The notes under the pieces were generated by a model, which was given only the letters and a program-made list of their open reading frames with translations, made no database searches and was not told where the DNA came from. Made by a program: the position numbers and the translations under genes. Positions 23,700-32,980 of a stretch of 64,000 bases of DNA are shown here, piece by piece (position 1 is the first letter of the stretch; every line of letters starts with the position of its first letter). The stretch comes from Azolla caroliniana (Eukaryota > Plantae > Polypodiophyta): assembly GCA_043228905.1 (NCBI GenBank), contig JBHGNT010000007.1, forward strand, positions 9,238,001 through 9,302,000, in the 5' to 3' direction.

Positions 23700-26600
23700 T
23701 GTCGAATACATGTGTATAATGGACGTATTCACACTATCCCTTTCGGCTATTTATGTAATTAGCATAAAGGGTAGTTGCCCTAAGTCGGTCACTATATATA
23801 GTGACCTTGTAACCTTTTTGTAAGGTTGGATGTTGTATTATTGCTTTGGGAAATAGAAAGTCGTTTTTTGTGTGTCTCTCTCTCTCTCTGTGCACTATCT
23901 CAGAAACTGTCATACGCAGGTATTCAGAAGAATCTAATGCTTCTTGATCTTCCGCATTGACGACCTCGTCTCCAACATCTGGTATCAGAGCATTCGAGGT
24001 TCGGCCGTCATCACCGCCTGCACAGCATTCGGTTCTTCACTTCACCGCGGCCTACACAGTATTCGCGTCATTCGAAGAAAGAGAGAAGAAGAACAAAAAC
24101 CAGGTTTGCATCTCATTGCGTTAGATCATCTTTGCTTGGAGTAAGCCAGTAGGTTGTACTCTGTCCTCCGAGATCGTAACCGCTCGAGGTGAAATCCCCT
24201 TGTGCAACATTGACACGATCGTGCTCCACTCGGTTAAACGGCATCCGAAGAGGTCATCAATCGCCGCTCGTTGTAACCACTCGGTGCAGATCGGTCTCAA
24301 GACAACAACCCCAATTCGTGCTTCATCCGGCTGATCGACATTCGAAAGGATCAGTTGGATCCATCCCTCTCGTCGCTGCAGCCACCCGAAGCAGAATCGG
24401 TCCAGATAATCGGTTTTAATAATCGGTATTCGGCATATATATCCGAAGCGAACCGGACTCACTCCGACTCGGTAACATTCGGGAAGACCAGTCGGTTCTG
24501 TCCCTCCAGCTACCGAAGTCAACTCGAGCAAGTTCCGAAGCCGAACCTACTCGGGTTCAAATCCGACTAGAACGATATCGGGTGAGCCAACCGGCTGCAC
24601 TCCAACAAGGTTCGTAGTCGACTCCGAACCGAGCTTCGTCAACCGAAACCGAATTTGATGGCATCAACATCCGGCTCGTCAGAAATGAGTCTACGAAAGT
24701 TCGATGGATCGAACTTCAACTTCTGGAAGGAACAAATGCAGGACTATCTCATAGTCAAGGGGCAAATCGATCCCATCGAAAATGAAGAACCTCCAGAAGG
24801 ATACAAACCGATTGAGTGGCAGAAGCTGGACAGAATCGTCCGCGCCACGATTCGGATGCACCTATCGGAATCGGTATATTTTACGGTGCAATCGTGTACG
24901 ACAGCATTCGAACTGTGGAAAACACTGTCGGACACTTACGAAAAGAAGGTCGCCGCAACGAAGATGTTTCTGATCCGGCGCCTCTACAACTTGCGGATGA
25001 AAGAATCCGATTCGGTTCAAGCACACCTCAATGAGTACGAAAGCATAAGCTCCCAAATCTCATCTCAGGGGACGGCAATCGAGGATGAACTCAGAGCAAT
25101 GATACTCATGAGTAGCCTTCCCTCATCATGGGAAACTTTCGTCACAACCGTGTGCAACGCGTCAACCACGGCTGTTAAATACTCCGAAGTCACGAGCGCA
25201 ATCCTGACCGAAGCAGCACGGAGAAAGTCTTTCGCCAAAGACTCAACAGACGACGCTTACGTAGTACAAGGTTCGACAGACCGATCGAACATACGAGGAA
25301 GAGATTTCTCACGACCGCCGAACAATCAGCGAAGACGGAGCCAGTCACGGGATAACCGAATCTGCAACTATTGCAAGAAACCCGGACACATCAAAGCCGA
25401 CTGCCGCGCACTCAAGAACAAGAACAACAAGAAGAGTGGCCGGCATGAGGAGATCAATTACGTCAGCTTCTCAGCTGATGTGCTACCAGACGACCCGAAT
25501 ATACTATCAATCGAAAATCCAGTCGGATCAGAAGTTTTACTCACGACTGAAGAATCGAGCACATGGCTCTTAGATTCGGGCGCGTCATTTCACGTGACTC
25601 CTCATCGATCCCAATTTCGGCAATATACGATCCGTCACTCCGACTCAGTTCGAGTCGGCAACTCGCAACACTGTGACATCATCGGAATCGGCACAGTAGA
25701 GCTCAACCTTGCAGGTGGCTCTACACTTGTACTCCACAATGTCCGACATGTACCCGAGCTCACAAGGCCATTGATCTCAGTCGGACAACTAGATGAAGAC
25801 GGCATTCGTGCCGGTTTTTCTTCGGGAGGGTGGACACTCCACAGGGGGAACCTCCTGCTTGCTAGAGGACCCAAGATACACTCCCTGTATCCGTTACATG
25901 TTACGCTCAGAGAGGGTAACCTGTTTTTGGTGGATATTCCTGTGTCATCACTATGGCACAGAAGATTAGGACACCTCAGCAAGGCCGGCATCACGCACCT
26001 ATCTAGAGCCGGATACATCCCCAAACTCTCCTTCTCGGACCATCAATTCTGCGAGCATTGCCAGTATGGCAAACAAGTAGCCGCATCACACCCGACATCA
26101 GCACCAAGAGAAACGAGACCTCTCGATTTGGTCCACTCGGACGTCTGCGGCCCAATGCCGCATCAGTCTCTTGGCGGTGCCTCCTACTTCGTCACTTTTA
26201 TTGACGATTCGACTCGAAAGGTGTGGGCTTATCCAATTCGCACCAAAGATCGGGTCTTCTCGATCTTCTCAGATTGGCTCGCTATGGTAGAAAATCAAAC
26301 CGGCCGAAAACTGAAGTGCTTTCGGACCGACAATGGGGGAGAGTTCAAATCCGAAGAATTCGTCAAATTCTGCCGACAACGCGGCATCAGACGTGAATTT
26401 ACGGCACCACACAGTCCGGAGCAAAACGGGATTGCCGAACGCATGAATCGGACAATCCAAGAACGGATAGTTTCCATGCTCCAACACTCCGGACTGTCGG
26501 ATGGCTTCTGGGCAGAGGCTCTACTCACGGCAGTACACATAATCAACATGTCGCCAAGTAGACCTCTAGGACTTCAAATTCCTCAGGAACTATGGATCGG

Positions 26601-29142
26601 CAGTAAGCCGAATTACGACAAGCTGAGGATCTTCGGATGCGAGGCGTACGCCCTTATTCCGAAAGATGATCGCCGAAAACTTGCACCTCGGTCCAGGAAA
26701 TGCATTTTCCTTGGATATGGATCAGACGGCGAAATGGGATACCGACTCTGGGACCCTGAACGCAGACAAATCGTTCGAAGTTCGGACGTTGTGTTCAACG
26801 AGTCGGCTATGAATCCATCAGTCGAAAAACCGATCGAAGTCCGAAGGGTAACATTTTCCGATGTACCGACCCTTCAAGAAGGCCCCGCTCTTAACACACG
26901 GTCAGCTTCACGGGTAGCTGCACCTTACACTACCGACTCGGACAACTCCGACTCGGCACAGCCGAATGACTCGCTTTCGGACCATCCGACCTCGATACCC
27001 GATGCGACCAGTCCAATCATACCTCGACGATCCGAGAGACTGTCGCAACCTCCGGAGAGGTATTCTCCTGGAATTTTCTTCACCGACGCCGGCGAACCGA
27101 CGTCTTACGAAGAAGCATCGACATCTGTCGATTCCGCCACCTGGCATCTGGCGATGGAGTCGGAAATGCACTCCATCCGGGCAAACAAGACTTGGGATCT
27201 GGTCGAATTACCTCGGAACCGACGTGCTCTTCCTTGCAAGTGGGTTTATCGACTAAAAGAGACGTCTGATTCGACCATCCCAAAGTACAAGGCCAGATTA
27301 GTTGCGAAGGGCTTCCGACAAGAATATGGCGTCGACTTCGACGAGATCTTTTCACCAGTGGTGAAAATGACAACCCTTCGTTTTCTACTCGGCGTAGTGG
27401 CAGCCGACAACTTGGAGCTGATTCAGCTAGATGTCAAAACAGCCTTCCTCCATGGTGATCTCGAGGAAGAAATTTATATGGAGCAGCCAAAAGGCTTCGT
27501 GGCACCTGGCCAAGAACATCTAGTCTGCCGACTCAGGAAGAGTCTATACGGCCTCAAACAGGCACCGCGACAATGGTACAAGAAGTTCGACGACTTCATC
27601 AGATCGATCGGCTTCTCAAAAAGCGATGAGGACCATTGTCTCTTCACCAACACAGCTCAAGATGGATCACCCATCTTCCTCATCATTTACGTGGACGACA
27701 TGCTAATTTCTGGACGCCACGCGGGCGAACTTGCCGATCTCGTTCGGCAACTGCGGTTGAAGTTTGCAATGAAGGACCTCGGTCCGGCACGACACATACT
27801 CGGCATGAAGATTAGTCGGCATCGCGATAAACGACATCTTTTTTTGTCTCAGACCGACTATATCCGACGTGTCTTAGAACGCTTCAACATGCAATCAGCC
27901 AAATCTGCATCAACCCCGCTCCCCATGAATCTTCGGCTCTCTCAGCGAGACTGCCCGACATCCGGTCCGGAGGGGGAAGATATGAAGTCGGTACCGTATG
28001 CACCGGCAGTCGGCTCCCTTATGTACCTGATGGTCGCGACACGGCCTGATATTTCTCATGCCGTAGGAGTCGTTAGCAGATTTATGCACAACCCTGGCCG
28101 ATCGCATTGGAACGCAGTCAAGCATGTGTTCAGATATCTGGCTGGCACAAAAGACCATGGCATTCTTTTCGGTCCGAACCGAACCTCAGGCGTAGTCGGT
28201 TACACCGACTCGGATTTCGTCGGCTGTATAGACAGTCGGAAATCAACAACCGGATACTGCTTCAAATTCGGCAATGGAGCAATCTCGTGGAAGTCGAAAC
28301 TTCAGGAGTGCACAGCGACCTCAACGACCGAAGCAGAATATGTAGCTGCGTCCGACGCAGCAAAAGAAGCTTTGTGGCTCGGTCGGCTGGCGCACACGTT
28401 TCGACAAGTCGACCATGACTCGGCTCCAGTTGTCTACAGCGACAGTCAAGGTGCTGTTGCCTTGTCGAAAAATCCGGTTCACCACAACGCCTCCAAACAT
28501 ATCGACGTTCGATATCACTTCGTTCGGGACTGCGTCATTTCAGGGAAAATCGGTCTAGAGAAAATATCCACAACCGACAATGTCGCAGATGGAATGACCA
28601 AGTGTCTTTCGGCAGACCGTTTTCGGTCTCTTCGGCATCAGATGGGCGTAACGACAAACCAGTCCGGTTAGAGCCGGACACAGAGCAGGATGGTTCCCGA
28701 CATCCGACATCAGTTCCTTAATGATCGGCTTCAACTGTTCCGACCCGACCAGTTCGGTCTTCTGCCTTCGGACCCTGCCGACTCGAACAAAGCTGATATG
28801 TCCGAGAACCTAAGTCTATACCTGTAATCTTAGATAACCCATGTATACGCCCATTACGGGGGAGTGTCGAATACATGTGTATAATGGACGTATTCACACT
28901 ATCCCTTTCTGCTATTTATGTAATTAGCATAAAGGGTAGTTGCCCTAAGTCGATCACTATATATAGTGACCTTGTAACCTTTTTGTAAGGTTGGATGTTG
29001 TATTATTGCTTTGGGAAATAGAAAGTCGTTGTTTGTGTGTCTCTCTCTCTCTCTGTGCACTATCTCAGAAACTGTCATACGCAGGTATTCAGAAGAATCT
29101 AATGCTTCTTGATCTTCCGCATTGACGACCTCGTCTCCAACA
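23700..29142 (+). mobile_element. Intact young Ty1/Copia element B
   Basis: 278-bp LTRs (23700-23977, 28865-29142) with 3 mismatches seen, TSD GATGG, PBS TGGTATCAGAGC at 23980-23991, PPT ACGGGGGAG ending at 28864. Confidence 0.97.
24658..28671 (+). CDS. Copia Gag-Pol polyprotein (Tnt1-like), uninterrupted
   Basis: CNYCKKPGHIKADC, WLLDSGASFH, LWHRRLGH, VHSDVCGP / RTDNGGEF / NGIAER, YVDDMLI, YTDSD...KHIDVRYHF. Confidence 0.96.
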   Translation: MASTSGSSEMSLRKFDGSNFNFWKEQMQDYLIVKGQIDPIENEEPPEGYKPIEWQKLDRIVRATIRMHLSESVYFTVQSCTTAFELWKTLSDTYEKKVAATKMFLIRRLYNLRMKESDSVQAHLNEYESISSQISSQGTAIEDELRAMILMSSLPSSWETFVTTVCNASTTAVKYSEVTSAILTEAARRKSFAKDSTDDAYVVQGSTDRSNIRGRDFSRPPNNQRRRSQSRDNRICNYCKKPGHIKADCRALKNKNNKKSGRHEEINYVSFSADVLPDDPNILSIENPVGSEVLLTTEESSTWLLDSGASFHVTPHRSQFRQYTIRHSDSVRVGNSQHCDIIGIGTVELNLAGGSTLVLHNVRHVPELTRPLISVGQLDEDGIRAGFSSGGWTLHRGNLLLARGPKIHSLYPLHVTLREGNLFLVDIPVSSLWHRRLGHLSKAGITHLSRAGYIPKLSFSDHQFCEHCQYGKQVAASHPTSAPRETRPLDLVHSDVCGPMPHQSLGGASYFVTFIDDSTRKVWAYPIRTKDRVFSIFSDWLAMVENQTGRKLKCFRTDNGGEFKSEEFVKFCRQRGIRREFTAPHSPEQNGIAERMNRTIQERIVSMLQHSGLSDGFWAEALLTAVHIINMSPSRPLGLQIPQELWIGSKPNYDKLRIFGCEAYALIPKDDRRKLAPRSRKCIFLGYGSDGEMGYRLWDPERRQIVRSSDVVFNESAMNPSVEKPIEVRRVTFSDVPTLQEGPALNTRSASRVAAPYTTDSDNSDSAQPNDSLSDHPTSIPDATSPIIPRRSERLSQPPERYSPGIFFTDAGEPTSYEEASTSVDSATWHLAMESEMHSIRANKTWDLVELPRNRRALPCKWVYRLKETSDSTIPKYKARLVAKGFRQEYGVDFDEIFSPVVKMTTLRFLLGVVAADNLELIQLDVKTAFLHGDLEEEIYMEQPKGFVAPGQEHLVCRLRKSLYGLKQAPRQWYKKFDDFIRSIGFSKSDEDHCLFTNTAQDGSPIFLIIYVDDMLISGRHAGELADLVRQLRLKFAMKDLGPARHILGMKISRHRDKRHLFLSQTDYIRRVLERFNMQSAKSASTPLPMNLRLSQRDCPTSGPEGEDMKSVPYAPAVGSLMYLMVATRPDISHAVGVVSRFMHNPGRSHWNAVKHVFRYLAGTKDHGILFGPNRTSGVVGYTDSDFVGCIDSRKSTTGYCFKFGNGAISWKSKLQECTATSTTEAEYVAASDAAKEALWLGRLAHTFRQVDHDSAPVVYSDSQGAVALSKNPVHHNASKHIDVRYHFVRDCVISGKIGLEKISTTDNVADGMTKCLSADRFRSLRHQMGVTTNQSG

Positions 29143-31795
29143 GATGGGAAGGTGAACAAACTGTCACAGATCATAAGCTCAAGAGACAAGCAAGAAGATA
29201 ACCAAATGGACAAGAAAGAAGATAGTATTAAAGGAAAGACTCCATAACTGGTGTTGTTCACCTTGAATTCCTTCAAGGTGAACTCCTCTATTTATACTAC
29301 ATGGCATGCATACTTGTTGCACGCATGTGTACCTACATGCATGTGCCAAATGTAAATACTACAAGGGAGCAACTATGCACATGATGCTAGCAAAATAATA
29401 AGGGAATCTTGATAGCTGGATGTTGTACACGGAGGCGGAAAGGCCCCGTGGGCGTGGTGGACGAGGCGGGTCAGCTCGCAATGGTGGCGGTCGGCAAGAG
29501 GACAGAAGATTGAATCAGATATTGATCTCTGGCACAAGCGGATTGGCCACGTCAATTACTAGAGGCTTCAAGACTTGCAAACGAAACAAGTTGTTTTCGG
29601 TTTGCCAAAGTTTAGTGGCCAGAAGGCCCAAGTATGTGAAGCCTGCCAACTCGGGAATCAAAACCGGCTTCCATTCCGCACCGAACGAAACCGAAAATGT
29701 AACAAGCTCAATCTAATCGATTCGGATGTATGGGGACTGACACCAAACGTGAGTCTTGGCGGGAGTCGATATTTCGTCTCCTTCATCGACGACTACAGCC
29801 GGCACACATGGATCTACCTCATTGAGCGGAAGAGCGAAGTCTTCGAGTGTTTCCGAAACTTGCAGAGCCTGGTTGAACGGGAAACAGAGAGGAAGATCAA
29901 GTGCCTGCGGTCGGATGGCGGAAAAGAATATTTTTCCGGTCAATTCAATAGTTATCTACAGCAAAAAGGAATTTGGAGAGAGTTCAGTTGCAGATACACA
30001 CCGGAGCAAAATGGTGTGGCCGAGAGGAGGAACAGGATGCTTATCGACGCGGCAAGGGCCATGCTAGAGGAGAAGAGCATGCCCCATTTCTACTGGGCTG
30101 AGGCGGTCCGGACGGCCGTCTACATCCAAAACCGGATCGGTGACAAGGTGTCAGCACATGAGCTGTATTTCGAGCGCAAGCCGAATTTGAGACACCTTCG
30201 GATATTCGGTAGCATTGTATATGTGCATGTGCCAGATGAGAAGCGGAGGAAGTTGGATGCAAAGTCGGAGAAATGCATCCTGGTCAGTTATTCGCGTGAG
30301 CAAAAGGGGTACAAGTGTTATAACCCCAAACGAAGCAGGTCCGAGTAAACCGAGATGTCGAGTTCGATGAATCAGCATCATGGTACTCCTTACCGGCTCC
30401 GACATCTGACCCCGACCCGATACCGGAGGATGAGGCTAGTGAGCCTGAACCGGTCCAACTAGAAGACGAAGGGTTCGAGACTCTAGATGAGAGTCCGGAA
30501 TCATTTCGATTGAGTGAACCGAATGAGCGGCTGAGTCAGGATGACCAGTCGGATGAGGAACCGGCGAGTAGTGGAGACTCTGACGTGCTCTCCCCACGCA
30601 AGGAACCGAGGAGACGGTTCACGCGCAAAGAGAAAGGGAAGAAGAAAATGCTGGAATACAAAACCGGCAACGTTGAGTCGGATCGGAGTGAATCCGACTC
30701 CGGAAAGGGTGAAGGTGGATCTTCGGGAACGAAGTCTGAACCGGCCAAGAAGAGCCCCAAACCGGGTAACGATAAGTTACGCCGGTCTTCCCGCCAGAAG
30801 AACCCCGTAAAGTGGTACGAGTACAATGAATACATGGCGCATCACTATGCATACATGACCAAGGTGGCGGAAGTGCGTGAGCCGGAGAGCTACGTAGAAG
30901 CGGCAAAGGACACAAATTGGCGTGCCGCTATGGAGGAAGAAATGCGGGCACTCGATGCCAACGACACATGGGACCTAGTTGACCCTCCCCGACACAGTAA
31001 ACCGATCGGATGTAAGTGGGTGTACAAGGTAAAGTACAATGCCGACAGTTCGGTTAACCGGTACAAGGCCCGGTTAGTGGCAAAGGGATACGCGCAAACC
31101 ACGGAATCGACTACGATGAGACCTTCGCTCTAGTAGCAAAGATGACGACGGTTTGTGTGGTGTTGGCAGTTGTTGTGGCAAGGGAGTGGCATCTTCACCA
31201 GATGGACGTGAAGAATGCATTCCTTCAAGGAAATCTTGAAGAAGAGGTCTTTATGACCCAACCCCCCGGTTTCCAGTCGGCGGTATGCCAGCTGAAGAAG
31301 TCACTTTATGGCCTAAACCAAGCCCCCCGAGCTTGGAATGCGAAGATCACGCACCGGTTGCGTAAGATGGGGTTTGCGGCCTCCAAGTCCGACTCTTCGT
31401 TGTTCATCCGGCAAGGTTCATACAGTCCGGTTTGCATCTTGTTGTATGTTGATGATCTTGTCATCACCGGATCCGGACTCAATGAAATCAACCGAGTCAA
31501 GTCCCAGCTGTCGGACGCATTTGAGATGAAGGACCTGGGGGACCTTCACTATTTCCTTGGGATCGAGGTGATCCGAACTCCCGACGGCATATTGCTCTCA
31601 TAAAGACACTATGTGTTGAATATGTTGTACAAGTTCGGCATGACGGAATGCCGATCGATCTCCACACCCCTGGACAGGAATCAGAAGCTCCATCCCAACT
31701 CCGGACCGGCATGGGATGAGAAGCGGTTCTGACAAATCGCCGAAAGCCTTATATATTTGACAATCACCTGACCCGACATTAGTTATCTGGTTGGG

Positions 31796-32980
31796 ATGAT
31801 CAGCCAATATATGCAGAAGCCGACCGTGGAGCACCTTCTGTGCATGCATCGAATTTTGCGATATGTGAGCGGCACGAAGGAACGGGGACTGTTATACCAG
31901 ATTGGTATAACCGAAAAGCTAGTCGGCTACACCGATGCCGACTGGGCCGGCGATGCATCAGATCGTCGATCCACCTCCGCCTATATGTTTTCCCTTTGTA
32001 GCGCGGTTGTTGTGTGGAGCAGCAAAAAGCAGTCAAAAATGGCCCTTTCGAGCATTGAGGCTGAATACCAAGGCGCTACCGTTGCCACCTGTGAAGCCAT
32101 TTGGCTTCAGCGACTACTACAAGACCTGCGGATCGAGGTGCCGACCCCGATCCTGATCTACTGCGACAACATAAGTAGCATGCAGCTCGCCAATAACCCC
32201 GTATTCCATGCTCGCACAAAGCACATAGAAGTGCACTACCACTTCATGCGTGAGTGTGTCCTGAGCGGTGAAGTCGAACTTCGGTATGTTCATACGGATC
32301 GGCAAGTTGCCGACATCTTCACCAAACCGCTCGGATCGGACAAGTTGCAGCACTTCACCGAAATGCTTGGTGTTCAGCATCTCGATGTGCCACACTTAAG
32401 GGGGAGAACGGGCAAAGACACCGGAACGGGTAAAGGCAAAGAGACGGTCGATTGTGCCGGTGAGGGAAGAACCGACGAGGGGAGAGACAAGAAGAAGAAA
32501 GGAGCCGAGTCGACAAAGGAAGTTGACACATCCGAACAAGTCGGAACAAGCGGCGGCGGCGGCAGAGTCAAGAAGGACAGAGTCGACTGGAAGAAGAAGG
32601 CCAAGACCCGGACATGGTCCGATGTGGTGAAGGGCCTGGAATCGGAAGACGAATCAAGAGTGACCGATTCGGACAAGAACTGGAACGAGTCGGAGACAGC
32701 CGATTCGGTTCAACAAACGGATTCGGAAGAACCGGATCAATTCAAGGCCAAGAGGACGAGAAGGCAGCGAAAGTCGACGCCAACACGAAGGAATTGGCGA
32801 ATCGGCAAGCGCCGAAGTCACAGCAACGAGGGAGCTAAATTGGGCCTATTGAGCAGACAAGCCGACCGAGGAGCGCGAACGAGGCGAAGTAATGCCAGAA
32901 GGAGCCGGGTGGAAGGACCAGCTGCCATGGAGACTGACACTACAATTCGACCACAAGTTGAGCTTGAGGGGGAGTGTTGA
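31796..32980 (+). pseudogene. Copia A RNase H plus a ~190-aa charged C-terminal extension
   Basis: YTDADWAGD...KHIEVHYHF...ADIFTKPL, then LRGR reads on without a stop to TGA at 32978-32980 inside the LTR. Confidence 0.8.

Larger units (their letters stand above)
18842..29414 (-). mobile_element. Ty3/Gypsy chromovirus (Tf1/Tcn1-like); 3' LTR 18842-19175, 5' LTR 29162-29414 (internal deletion after 29400)
   Basis: The LTR pair differs at about 6 of ~240 aligned bases. PPT GGAGGGGGGATAA at 19176-19188. Flanks GCCAG / GCTGG. Domain order gag-PR-RT-RH-INT-chromodomain. Confidence 0.92.

Noticed and set aside
24121-28518. Numerous antisense and overlapping ORFs in Copia B and other TEs
   Set aside because: Shadow ORFs of GC-rich pol sequence.
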